A DNA stretch of 64,000 nucleotides from the NCBI GenBank assembly GCA_965205605.1, contig CBDBHE010000007.1, positions 83,479 through 147,478 on the forward strand, in the 5' to 3' direction. Of this stretch, positions 19,563-29,179 are shown piece by piece. The stretch is from Spirochaetota bacterium. GTDB taxonomy: Bacteria > Spirochaetota > UBA12135 > COTS27 > CBDBHE01. Under the pieces are notes generated by a model. That model searched no databases. It was not told where the DNA came from and saw nothing but the letters and a program-made list of their open reading frames with translations. Both the position numbers and the translations under genes were made by a program. The number at the start of each line of letters is the position of its first letter. The stretch's first letter is position 1.

Positions 19563-19958
19563 ATGTACTTAACAACATATAAACCATTTGACAATTTAAT
19601 CGACAATTTTTTTTCATTAGAAAAGACTAAAAATACCTTTGAGCCTAAAGCCAATATCTATGAAGATGACAAAAGCTACCATATCGATCTTGAGCTTGCT
19701 GGTGTCAACAAAAAAGATATTAAGATTGAAATTAAAGAAGGAGCCCTTTCGATCAAAGGAGAAAAAGAGAAGAAAATAAAAGAACCTAACCGTATCGAAT
19801 CTTTCTACGGAAAGTTTGAAAGAAGCTTTAATTTAGGAGATGAAGTAGAAGAAGCATCTATTGAAGCCAATCATAAAGATGGCATTCTTTCAATTACTTT
19901 ACCTAAAAGAGAAGAAGTAAAAGAAAAAAAATTGATCAAAAAAATAGAGATTAAGTAA
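19563..19958 (+). CDS. small heat-shock protein, Hsp20/alpha-crystallin family
   Basis: Alpha-crystallin domain motifs are present: ..ANIYEDDKSYHIDLELAGVNKKDIKIEIKEGALSIKGEKE... Length 131 aa. Confidence 0.8.
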   Translation: MYLTTYKPFDNLIDNFFSLEKTKNTFEPKANIYEDDKSYHIDLELAGVNKKDIKIEIKEGALSIKGEKEKKIKEPNRIESFYGKFERSFNLGDEVEEASIEANHKDGILSITLPKREEVKEKKLIKKIEIK

Positions 19959-19980
19959 ATCAAGTAAATCATTTTTTTTA

Positions 19981-20014
19981 AAGGGAGCTTTTCTTGAAAA
20001 GAGCTCCCTTTTTT
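19981..20014. terminator. rho-independent terminator hairpin between the convergent hsp20 and queD-like genes
   Basis: aagggagcttttcttgaaaagagctccctttttt forms a GC-containing inverted repeat followed by a T-run. Confidence 0.6.
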
Positions 20015-20038
20015 AAAAGGACTTACAATTTCTTTAAA

Positions 20039-20572
20039 TTAAAAATCATTAATAGAAAAGTCATTTCGAGTCCACCAAGCTGTTTTGTTACTACCAGTAG
20101 GTAAATAATGAAGATAAACTTTCTCCCCTTGTAAAGAAACCATATTTGTGGGAGTTTCTTCTATTTCTATTTTAGTACAGTTAACAAATAAACCTTCTCC
20201 ATCAAGGAAAACTTGCAGCTTTGACATTAAACAGGCGCAAAGCATTTCTGTGGTAGGGTCTCCTGGAGTGATAACGATTCTTTTTAAAGTTTCTTTTTCT
20301 TTGTCTTTAAAAAAGTTTATCAAAGGATCTTTTTGAGATAACTGGAAAGCATGATCGATATGATTATCAATGAAATCATGCCATTTCTTTTTTAGGTTTT
20401 CAAAAATTTCCACCATATTTTGATGACCATCAAGTGGCTTTGATTGCTTTGCTTGTAAAAAAACTCGGATCATTTCATTATGCCCATGAGGCACAGAACA
20501 TTTTTTAGAGCTTCCAGAAATAAGGCGATGAGCCATACTAAAGCGACGTCTAAAAATAAGTTTAAATCCCAT
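20039..20572 (-). CDS. queD: 6-carboxytetrahydropterin / 6-pyruvoyl-tetrahydropterin synthase family protein (QueD/PTPS)
   Basis: Carries the CxxxHGH zinc/active-site motif (KKCSVPHGHNEMIRV). Adjacent to folE. At 177 aa it is longer than the usual bacterial QueD. Confidence 0.6.
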   Translation of the reverse strand: MGFKLIFRRRFSMAHRLISGSSKKCSVPHGHNEMIRVFLQAKQSKPLDGHQNMVEIFENLKKKWHDFIDNHIDHAFQLSQKDPLINFFKDKEKETLKRIVITPGDPTTEMLCACLMSKLQVFLDGEGLFVNCTKIEIEETPTNMVSLQGEKVYLHYLPTGSNKTAWWTRNDFSINDF

Positions 20573-20581
20573 TTTAATGAC

Positions 20582-21277
20582 TTAAAAGAAATCCCCAAAC
20601 CCGTGACTTTTAATCACTTGAAAAAAATCTTTTTTAAGACTTTCATTGCTTTTCATACAGCCTCTAAAAACAGAAGTACTCATATTAGTGGCAGGTTCTT
20701 TAACACCTCTCCAATGCATACAAAAATGCTTTGCTTGAACAAGGACACCAACTCCTTTAGGAGAAACTGTTTTTTCAATCAAATCAGCAATTTCTACCGT
20801 TGCTTCTTCTTGAATCTGTGGTCGACTCATAATCCAATTTAAAAGACGACTAAATTTTGAAATCCCCACAACCCGTTCACTAGGCACAACTCCCACCCAA
20901 GCTTTACCAATAACAGGTACAAAATGATGACTACAAGTACTCCGCACTGTAATTGGCCCTAAGACATACAGTTCATCAAGTTTTTTAAAATTAGGATAAT
21001 CTTTCGTTTCAGGAATCGGATAATATCGACCTCGAAAGACTTCATCAATATACATTTTAGCAATTCGTTTACTCGTCTCTTGTACATTATGATCATTTGC
21101 TGTGTCAATGATTAAAATTTCCAACAGCTCTTGTATTTTTGCTTCAATTTCTATTTTAAGAGCTTCTATTTCTTCCCCTCTGATAAAAGCTGAAATATTA
21201 TCATTGGCAAAAAAAGAAGCTTTTTTATCTAATATTCGTTTTTTAATCGTTTTAGAAATAGGTGCTTCATCTGGCAT
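20582..21277 (-). CDS. folE: GTP cyclohydrolase I
   Basis: Conserved C-terminal region ..SCHHFVPVIGKAWVGVVP.. and ..ATVEIADLIEKTVSPKGVGVLVQAKHFCMHWRGVK... Confidence 0.85.
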   Translation of the reverse strand: MPDEAPISKTIKKRILDKKASFFANDNISAFIRGEEIEALKIEIEAKIQELLEILIIDTANDHNVQETSKRIAKMYIDEVFRGRYYPIPETKDYPNFKKLDELYVLGPITVRSTCSHHFVPVIGKAWVGVVPSERVVGISKFSRLLNWIMSRPQIQEEATVEIADLIEKTVSPKGVGVLVQAKHFCMHWRGVKEPATNMSTSVFRGCMKSNESLKKDFFQVIKSHGFGDFF

Positions 21278-21468
21278 GGAATAAGTTAAATTTAAAAAAA
21301 AACGTTTAAATTAATATTTATTAATTTATTTATTTTTCAAACGACTCCTTAATGTTAATATTTTAATTAAATATAACATCATTATTTATTAAGATAAAAA
21401 ATTTAATCTTATTTTTAGTTTTTACCTTTTTAAATAGATTGATTCTCTTAAAATACAAATAACCTAAA

Positions 21469-22167
21469 ATGACTTCTTCTCTTTTACCATCCCTTGTTGT
21501 TGAAACAGGCAACCATCCAAGTCATGTTGTTATTTGGCTTCACGGATTGGGAGCAGATGGCGAAGATTTTAAAGATATTGTTCATGAGTTAAAACTTCCA
21601 AAAGATAAACCGGTTCGATTTATTTTCCCTCATGCTCCTTATCGAAAAATAACTATCAATGGGGGGGTAGAAATGAGAGCTTGGTGCGATAGTGTCGGTT
21701 TTGAAATCACAAGTCGTATTGACTTAGAAGGGGTAAAGCAATCTAAAAAAAAAATCGAAGCCCTCATCAAAGCTGAAAAAAATAAAGGGATTGCTTCTGA
21801 AAAAATGATTCTAGCTGGGTTTTCTCAAGGAGGTGCCATTGCTTTACAAACGGCTCTTTTAAGCCAAACAAAACTAGGGGGAGTGATGGCTTTATCGACT
21901 TATTTTCCAAGCCTTTTTGTGTTTGAAAAAATGAAAAAAAATGAAGTCGAAGAAAAATTAACGATTAACAAAAAAATCCCTATTTTTTTAGCTCACGGCA
22001 AAGAAGATCCTGTAGTCCCTTTAAAAGCAGCTTTACTTTCCAAAATTTTTTTTGAAAAACACCAACTAAATGTAACCTATAAAGAATACTCAATGCCTCA
22101 TAGCCTCTGTGAACAAGAAATTGAAGATATTTCATCATGGCTTACAAAAAGACTAAACTCCAAATAA
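21469..22167 (+). CDS. alpha/beta-hydrolase, phospholipase/carboxylesterase family
   Basis: VIWLHGLGADGEDF at the N-terminus. GFSQGGA is a GxSxG nucleophile elbow. Length 232 aa. Confidence 0.6.
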   Translation: MTSSLLPSLVVETGNHPSHVVIWLHGLGADGEDFKDIVHELKLPKDKPVRFIFPHAPYRKITINGGVEMRAWCDSVGFEITSRIDLEGVKQSKKKIEALIKAEKNKGIASEKMILAGFSQGGAIALQTALLSQTKLGGVMALSTYFPSLFVFEKMKKNEVEEKLTINKKIPIFLAHGKEDPVVPLKAALLSKIFFEKHQLNVTYKEYSMPHSLCEQEIEDISSWLTKRLNSK

Positions 22168-22355
22168 AAGCATTGCTTGTTTATAGTTTTTTCAGATTTA
22201 TCAAAGTGAAAAATAAAATAAACAATCAAAAAAAAGTAATGGTTTAAAATATTAAATTAAATTAAATTAAAGTTACAATAGAGTGTAATAAATGATATTG
22301 TATAATTTACACACCTTAAATCAATATTAGAGCATTATAATAGGAGAAAAAAAAT

Positions 22356-24908
22356 ATGAATTTTAATCGTAGAAATTTTTTAAAAACAACTACTATCAGT
22401 AGTGGTCTTTTATTATTACCATTTAGTTTAGAAAAAAAATTATGGGGACTGGAGTCTTCGGGGTCTTTACTTAAAGACAAACAAGCCTTTTTGGATAAGT
22501 TAAGACTTGGGTTTTCAAAAACTGGCTATCGAAAAAATACTGATGAAGGATTGGAAGTGAAGGCTCTTGTAAAGGAAGGCCTTAAATCTCTTAATAAAAA
22601 AATCAGCGAACAGGGGACATTAATAGAAAAACCAATCAATTTAAAAAACATCCCAACGTATTGTAGGTATGCTTGGGCCCTTGCTATATTATCAAAAGGA
22701 AAAAATGAGAGTGATGGAGAGATTTATGGGGTAATAAAGAAAAAGATGTATCGTATGGCTATAATCATTCATAGGGTAGAAGTAACAAAGCCCAATAGTT
22801 ATAAACGTTTTCATTTTTCGTGTTTTGCCATACCGAATACTTTTGTTAATGTGTATTTTTATAATTTTAAAGATATGGTTGGAGTAGAGAAAGGGACCAT
22901 AAAAGACCCCTTAATCGTAAAAGGACACGACGTAATTGTCGAACTAGCAAAGCAGGCTTGGACACAACCGTATAGGAATGATGAAACTGATAAAAATCCA
23001 TTCCAAATTGCTCGTTTTAAAGGGCATGTTTGGTGGGTAACGGCTAATGCTATCACTTATAGGCCTGTCTATCCAGTTGCAGTTGCTTTAAATTCTATTG
23101 TTGGTATTGATGTATTGGTGGAGGTCTGTAATAGAGCCATTGATTTTCTTTACCCAGGAAACAAAAAAGACCCATTTTGGGAGGAAGGGTTTACCTCTGA
23201 TGGTCTTGGATGGGGACATGGCACTCAAAATTATACATTTGGTTACCCTGCACAAGGGGTTCAGGCACTACTTGACATGAAAAAAAATTTCCTCAATTCA
23301 CCTTGGGATAAAGGAAGTCGTGAACAAACTAGAACTAATGTGAAAATATTTTACGTACTCAAAGCTTTTGTACGTGGATCTCAGTGGATGAGGTACAAGG
23401 GTTTCATACACCCAGTAACAGGACGTAATTGTAAACAATATGTTGAGCCAAAAGCTAGAGATGCTTCTAAAAGTAAATTTGTTGGTATACTTAAAAATAT
23501 ATTAAATCATTTTGTAGATTATCTCCCTTCGGTTATTAAAGATAAACAAAAATTTGGAGTGTATGAAAAAGAAATATTAGATTTAAAAAAAGAAATGAAA
23601 AGTAAAACAGGTGTTTTTATGGATGATTATAAAGGTGTTTATACAGGAACAAAATATTTTTGGTGCAATGACCTGATGATTCGTAAAAGTAGAAATTTTT
23701 ACTGTACCATTAATATGGCTTCATCAAGAGTGAGTGGTATTGAGTTTGGGTCTGATGATAAAAATCAAAATGATATGTATCATTATCATTCTGCAGCTGG
23801 TTCGACTTTTTTTTCTAAGGAAGGTTATGAAGCCTGCCATGCTCTTGGGGGCCATAATCTTACTGCTTTACCAGGGGTGACGGCTAAACGTGGGGAAAAT
23901 AGTGACATTTTTAGTATCACTACTTGGAAGGGTTTTAATAGTTTCCACAACTTTTGTGGTGGCACAGGGTTACGTGGGCGTAATGCATGTTGTGGTTTTA
24001 TCCAAGAGTTTAATACAAGGAATGAAAAAATTAAAAGCCTACCTAAGGTTGTAATGGGGGTGTATGTGAAGAAAGGTTATTTTATTTTTGATGACATGAT
24101 GCTTGCTTTAGGGACTGGCATTAAATTAACCTCATCTGGATCTAACAAATTCCCGATATGCACAACGGTCGAAACTGCTTATTTTGAAAACCCAATAACC
24201 GTTACAGAAAATGGGAAATCAAAAACTTACGATACAACAAAAAAAAATAACGTTAATTTTGTTTTAAAGAAAAGTAAAACAGATGCCCTCAATTGGATCG
24301 AGCAAGAAAATAAATTTGCGTATGCTCCCCTCAGTAAACATAACAAGAGTGCTGTAGAGGTGGAAATTGGTGATCGAAAAACGATTTGGAACAGACAAAG
24401 TTATCCAAATCAGAAGAAAAAAAACTTACCTAAAAATATGAACGTTCTTGATATTCGTATTAATCACGGCAAGAGCCCATTTAAGGGCGGATATGCGTAT
24501 TTAGTCTATATGGGTGATAAAAAAGCTTCTCAGTCATTTAAAACATCCCCTATACAAGTCATTTCTAATAGCAGTAAAGTACAAGCGGCTTTGTATTCTA
24601 ATGGAAAAAATAGTCAAGTGGTACAGGCTGTTTTTTATAAAAGTTCTACTTTAGAAATCACAAAAGATTTTAAAATAAAAGCTACTATGCCATGTATTTT
24701 TACGTTTGAAGAGGAAAATGGTAGTGTGAAAGTGACTTTGTGTGATCCCCTATTCGATGTTTCTTTAAAGTCTATAAAAATTTCAATAACAAAGCCAATT
24801 GAAGGCAAAGCGGTTAAGAAGAAAAAAAAATGGTATGAAATCAACCTAAAGAGTGCTAGAAAGCCTTATGTAGGTCGACCAGTGAGTGCAAATTTCAAAT
24901 TAGTTTAG
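22356..24908 (+). CDS. polysaccharide lyase family 8-like protein with a twin-arginine (Tat) signal peptide
   Basis: The N-terminus MNFNRRNFLKTTTISSGLLLLPFS matches the Tat motif RRxFLK. PL8-type blocks are present: DGLGWGHGTQNYTFGYP, LTALPGVTAKRGE and a C-terminal AYLVYMGD. GC is above background. Confidence 0.55.
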   Translation: MNFNRRNFLKTTTISSGLLLLPFSLEKKLWGLESSGSLLKDKQAFLDKLRLGFSKTGYRKNTDEGLEVKALVKEGLKSLNKKISEQGTLIEKPINLKNIPTYCRYAWALAILSKGKNESDGEIYGVIKKKMYRMAIIIHRVEVTKPNSYKRFHFSCFAIPNTFVNVYFYNFKDMVGVEKGTIKDPLIVKGHDVIVELAKQAWTQPYRNDETDKNPFQIARFKGHVWWVTANAITYRPVYPVAVALNSIVGIDVLVEVCNRAIDFLYPGNKKDPFWEEGFTSDGLGWGHGTQNYTFGYPAQGVQALLDMKKNFLNSPWDKGSREQTRTNVKIFYVLKAFVRGSQWMRYKGFIHPVTGRNCKQYVEPKARDASKSKFVGILKNILNHFVDYLPSVIKDKQKFGVYEKEILDLKKEMKSKTGVFMDDYKGVYTGTKYFWCNDLMIRKSRNFYCTINMASSRVSGIEFGSDDKNQNDMYHYHSAAGSTFFSKEGYEACHALGGHNLTALPGVTAKRGENSDIFSITTWKGFNSFHNFCGGTGLRGRNACCGFIQEFNTRNEKIKSLPKVVMGVYVKKGYFIFDDMMLALGTGIKLTSSGSNKFPICTTVETAYFENPITVTENGKSKTYDTTKKNNVNFVLKKSKTDALNWIEQENKFAYAPLSKHNKSAVEVEIGDRKTIWNRQSYPNQKKKNLPKNMNVLDIRINHGKSPFKGGYAYLVYMGDKKASQSFKTSPIQVISNSSKVQAALYSNGKNSQVVQAVFYKSSTLEITKDFKIKATMPCIFTFEEENGSVKVTLCDPLFDVSLKSIKISITKPIEGKAVKKKKKWYEINLKSARKPYVGRPVSANFKLV

Positions 24909-25133
24909 AAAAAGAAAAAGAAGAACGTTTCCTGGTGGTTTTTTTCTATTGTTGATGAAGGACTTGCTAAAAGTATAATTTAGAAAATCCTAACTAGACT
25001 ATATAGACACTTATCATAGACACTTAATTTGTCAGAGGAAACTTGTTTTTTTTTGACATCTACCAAATTATTTGGAGTTTCTAATGTTTAACAGAAACTT
25101 CCCGAGGAAATCATACGAAAATAAATATATTAG

Positions 25134-25265
25134 TATCCAGAAGAGCTTGTAAAAAAAGGGAAGGTCGTTGTTTATGATGAGGATGATATTGTTTTTCTAA
25201 AAGATGGCAATCAGAAAATAAAAAATATTGTGATTTCACAAAAAGAAAATTTGAATATTTTATAG
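25134..25265 (+). pseudogene. orphan C-terminal gene fragment of unknown identity, 43 codons with no start codon
   Basis: The open frame YPEELVKKGKVVVYDEDDIVFLKDGNQKIKNIVISQKENLNIL* begins directly after an in-frame TAG. It lies in a 430-bp spacer downstream of the Tat-lyase gene. Confidence 0.25.
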
Positions 25266-25342
25266 CAAGAACATTTTTATAAAATTAGATGGATTTGGTT
25301 TCAATTTATTTTTATTGGTGTAAATTTGTAGGTTGCTATACA

Positions 25343-26638
25343 TTAAGAACGAACATGCCCTTCTCCATACACTTTGTACTTAAATGTTGTTAAATCACGT
25401 ACCCCCATGGGGCCTCTTGCATGTAACTTTCCTGTTGAAATCCCTACCTCAGCTCCAAGACCAAAACAACCCCCATCTGAAAAACGAGTTGACGCATTCA
25501 CTAAAACACAAGCCGAATCCACTTCTTCTAAAAAACGTTTTTGATTTTCATAACTCTCAGTAACAATCCCATCGGTATGATGAGAAGAATAAGTATTAAT
25601 CCACTTTATCGCTTCATCAGTGTCACTGATTATTTTAACAGAAAGCTTCATAGCTAAAAATTCTGTTTGAAAATCTTCTAACGTCGCTTTTTTAATCTCT
25701 TTAAAAAAAGAAGCACTTTCCTCGTCTCCTAAAATCTCAACCCCACTATCAAGCAAAGCTCGTAGTAAAGACTGTGTTGCTGGGTATTTTTTATGAATTA
25801 AAAGTGTTTCGACTGCATTACACACTCCAGGTCGCTGAGTTTTAGCGTTGATCACAATTGATTTAGCCATGCTTTCTTTTGCATTTGCATCAATAAACAA
25901 ATGACACAGTCCACTATCATGTTTAATAACCGGTATAGAGGTATGATCTAAAACATAATCAATCAACCCTTTACCACCTCTAGGAATGACCAAGTCAATC
26001 AAGTCTTTTTCCATAAGCAGTCCTCGCATCTTAGTCCTATCAATATCATCAATAAGCTGCATCCCATTTAAAGAAATGTTTGCTTTCTCAAAACTTTTCA
26101 AAATCAAATCTGAAAAAACTCTATTGGTAAAAGAGGCTTCCCTCCCTCCCCTTAAAATACAAGCATTCCCACTCTTTAAACAAAGAGAAGCAATATCAAT
26201 GACCACATTAGGTCTTGATTCAAAAATAACAAATAACACTCCAATTGATACCCTCTGTTGATAAACCGTCAGTCCATTGGGCAGTTTTTTAGAATACACA
26301 ATTTCTCCTACTGGATCCTCAAGCTGTTCAATTGATTTAACCGCTTGGCTTAACAATTTAAGGCGATCTGAGTTTAACGTTAAGCGATCCACTAAAGACG
26401 CTTTTAAATTAGTTTCTTTTGCCTTCTCAAGATCTTTTTTGTTTTCATTTAAAATAAAAGTCTTCTCTTTAAGCAATAATTCACTCAAAAAAGATAAAGC
26501 AAGATTTTTAGTTTCTGTTTTAAGAAGACTTAAACTATAAGCTGCTCTCTTAGCCTTAAAAGCGATTTGCTTAAAATCTAAATTAGAATGATTTTCTTGC
26601 AAAAAAAAATCAACCCCACTTTTCAATATCTTGTTCAA
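25343..26638 (-). CDS. proA: gamma-glutamyl phosphate reductase
   Basis: ProA family sequence over the full 431 aa, including ..VIFESRPNVVIDIASLCLKSGNACILRGG.. and a C-terminal ..GLGAEVGISTGKLHARGPMG... Confidence 0.8.
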   Translation of the reverse strand: MNKILKSGVDFFLQENHSNLDFKQIAFKAKRAAYSLSLLKTETKNLALSFLSELLLKEKTFILNENKKDLEKAKETNLKASLVDRLTLNSDRLKLLSQAVKSIEQLEDPVGEIVYSKKLPNGLTVYQQRVSIGVLFVIFESRPNVVIDIASLCLKSGNACILRGGREASFTNRVFSDLILKSFEKANISLNGMQLIDDIDRTKMRGLLMEKDLIDLVIPRGGKGLIDYVLDHTSIPVIKHDSGLCHLFIDANAKESMAKSIVINAKTQRPGVCNAVETLLIHKKYPATQSLLRALLDSGVEILGDEESASFFKEIKKATLEDFQTEFLAMKLSVKIISDTDEAIKWINTYSSHHTDGIVTESYENQKRFLEEVDSACVLVNASTRFSDGGCFGLGAEVGISTGKLHARGPMGVRDLTTFKYKVYGEGHVRS

Positions 26639-27611
26639 TATGAGTTATGATTTTATGATCAATGGCTTTCATACAATTTTCCAAAGCACTAAAAACTGCC
26701 TTAGCTCCACTGCTACCATGTCCAATATAAATAGGTTTTTTAACCCCTATCAAATTAGCTCCTCCAAAAGATTCTGCATCAGTATTCTTTTTGATACTTT
26801 TAAAAACTTCTTTTAAAAGGTACCCTCCTAATTTATACTTAAAACTCGTATAAACTTCCTTTCGGATTGTAGATGTTATCGCTTTAACACCGGTTTCTAA
26901 AGACTTAAGCAGTATATTACCAACAAATCCATCCGCCACAATCACATCGACTTTATTAGTCAAACAATGAGCTGGTTCAATATTTCCTATAAAATCATAA
27001 GGAAGCTTTTCAAGCATTTTATAAACTTTAAAAGTTAATTCATTACCTTTGGTGGATTCTTCTCCAACGCTTAAAAGACCTATTTTAGGAGAAACATTTC
27101 CCAAAATATACTTCACATAGTTATAGCCCATCACCGCAAATTGTTTTAAATACCTAGGGTGACAATCCACATTAGCCCCCGCATCTAATAAGTAAGAAAA
27201 TGACCCATCTTTTCTCGGTAAAGGAGACATGATAGCAGGTCGCTTGACTCCATCAATGCGACCCACAATCAAAAGAGCTGCTGCTAAAGTGGCTCCTGTA
27301 TTTCCAGGAGAAAAAAAACTATCATAAAGACCATTTTTAAGCCCACGACAACCAACCATAACAGAGGCATTTTTTTTAGCCCGACACGCTTTGGAAGGAT
27401 GCTCATCCATTGAAATGACTTCTTCAGCATGAATTAAGGTAATACGATTTTTATCATAAGAAAATGTTTCTAAATTTTCTTTAATAACAAACCGATCTCC
27501 AACCAAAAAAGTATGAAGATTTTTATATTGTTTACAAGCACTCAAGCACCCTTTGATAAGCTCATAAGGGGGCATATCGCCACTCATGACATCCACACCA
27601 ATTTTTAACAT
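26610..27611 (-). CDS. plsX: phosphate acyltransferase PlsX
   Basis: N-terminal MLKIGVDVMSGD. Conserved rpmF-plsX gene order. Length 333 aa. Confidence 0.85.
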   Translation of the reverse strand: MLKIGVDVMSGDMPPYELIKGCLSACKQYKNLHTFLVGDRFVIKENLETFSYDKNRITLIHAEEVISMDEHPSKACRAKKNASVMVGCRGLKNGLYDSFFSPGNTGATLAAALLIVGRIDGVKRPAIMSPLPRKDGSFSYLLDAGANVDCHPRYLKQFAVMGYNYVKYILGNVSPKIGLLSVGEESTKGNELTFKVYKMLEKLPYDFIGNIEPAHCLTNKVDVIVADGFVGNILLKSLETGVKAITSTIRKEVYTSFKYKLGGYLLKEVFKSIKKNTDAESFGGANLIGVKKPIYIGHGSSGAKAVFSALENCMKAIDHKIITHIEQDIEKWG

Positions 27612-27625
27612 TTTTAAAAAGTTAA

Positions 27626-27805
27626 AAAAAACAATCTAATCTTTTTTAATGATTGTTTTGCCCTTATACATACCACAATGATGACAAACATGATGAGGCT
27701 TCCTTTTTTGACCACACTCAGAACAAAGGGATAAGGTATCAAAGCTCCTCTTATCGTTAGCCCGTCTTCTCATCATTGTTTTTGATTTTGACTTTCGAAA
27801 TTTTT
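27626..27805 (-). CDS. rpmF: 50S ribosomal protein L32
   Basis: Not in the ORF track because it is under 60 aa. The minus-strand translation is MAVQKFRKSKSKTMMRRRANDKRSFDTLSLCSECGQKRKPHHVCHHCGMYKGKTIIKKD, with the CxxC..CxxC zinc ribbon. It lies directly upstream of plsX. Confidence 0.8.
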
Positions 27806-28434
27806 GTACTGCCATTTTATTTTTATTTTAAAAAAACCTTTTTTGAATTCAAATCAAATAATTTGTTTATTTTAAAAAATTATTAAAAATCATAGCATTA
27901 TTTTTTTAATACTTCAAATTAAAAAACAAGCAACCTATAGTTATCATTTTTAACTTTATTTTTATTCCCTTATTTAAAGGGACCCCTTCAAAAAATTTTA
28001 TAGGAAAAGATCCCAATATAAGGTGTTTTTTAAAAGACAATATGATTTTTAGAAATGTCTCTTTTAAACCAAATACACAGATCACCTTGTTCTTTTAAAA
28101 TGTAATTGAAAAAAAGGTATCAAAAATACCTTATGGGAAAGGGTAACAATCCAGTTTTAATTGATTCTCAAACAACTACCTTTGGTTTAATGATTTTTTT
28201 TTCCATTAAAAAAGGTGACCGGAAGCTCATTTTTTGCACTGATTTAGGGGCATGGGGTTTCAAAAAACTTGAAAACATAAAGACACAAAAAAAATATAAA
28301 CTCATAAACAATTTCTCTCTTTTACAACTCTTTGGCTTGAAAGAAGATCTAGATTGAATAAAAATTCTAAAGAAACTATAAAAGCTCGTTGAGATTTTTA
28401 AAGAATAATGCTAAAATAGCCAAAGGAATTAAAA

Positions 28435-28755
28435 ATGATTGGTATTATTGAAATTAAAGGCAAGCAATATTTTTTTGATAAAGAAAAAGCAACTCTTAAA
28501 GTAGACCGTCTTGATTTAAAAGAAAAATCTATTTACAAAGACATCAAAGTACTTTATTTTAAAGATAAAAATGGTAATGTACATATCGGCCAACCTTATG
28601 TAAAAAATGCTTTTGTTAAAGCAACTATTGAAAAAGAAATTAAAGCTGAAAAAATCCTTGTGAGACGATACAAGCCTAAAAGTGGTTATCAAAAATCAAG
28701 AGGACATCGACAAAAATTAACTTCTCTTAAAATTGAAGAAATTTCTATTTCCTAA
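28435..28755 (+). CDS. rplU: 50S ribosomal protein L21
   Basis: MIGIIEIKGKQYFFDKEKATLKVDRLD.. is typical of L21. Length 106 aa. Confidence 0.85.
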   Translation: MIGIIEIKGKQYFFDKEKATLKVDRLDLKEKSIYKDIKVLYFKDKNGNVHIGQPYVKNAFVKATIEKEIKAEKILVRRYKPKSGYQKSRGHRQKLTSLKIEEISIS

Positions 28756-28802
28756 ATTTTTTTTTTACCATTTCAATTAAAAAATTTTCTTTTCTATTAG
28801 AA

Positions 28803-29168
28803 TTGAAAACGTTGATTAAAACAAAAATTATTTTAAAAAAAGAAACCATCAAACAAATGACAACTACCGGTCACGCTTCTTATCCTTTAATTTTAAGAGG
28901 TTTGTTTCCAAAATTAAATTATTATCACAACCTTTGTACTGCTTTATCTACTTTAGAATACCATTTTATTTATTCTTTAAAATTAATGACTCAAGTTGCT
29001 TTTGATACCAACATCAAAAAAGGCTTTTTTGATTGCCAAATCAATCAGACTCCTGAAAAAGATTTATCTACTTTAAAAGTGCTTTCTCAATCTTTTTTAA
29101 TTGGAATTGAAATGGTAAAAAAAAAACATAAAACCATGTTAGATTATGAAATTAAAAAAGCATCGTAG
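28803..29168 (+). CDS. prp: ribosomal-processing cysteine protease Prp-like protein (YsxB family)
   Basis: Lies between rplU and rpmA. Has the Cys-His dyad signature GHA..(~20 aa)..C.A.S ([31 protein letters not shown]). A TTG start is likely. Confidence 0.6.
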   Translation: MKTLIKTKIILKKETIKQMTTTGHASYPLILRGLFPKLNYYHNLCTALSTLEYHFIYSLKLMTQVAFDTNIKKGFFDCQINQTPEKDLSTLKVLSQSFLIGIEMVKKKHKTMLDYEIKKAS

Positions 29169-29179
29169 GAGAAAAAATC

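Noticed and set aside
22230-22262. (AAATT)n pentamer run upstream of the Tat-lyase
   Set aside because: Only about three units, in an AT-rich spacer, and indistinguishable from background low complexity.
26610-26638. 29-bp overlap between the proA start and plsX end as a possible programmed frameshift or fusion
   Set aside because: This is more simply explained by the real proA start being a downstream Met or by a tolerated overlap in a compact genome. There is no slippery heptamer.
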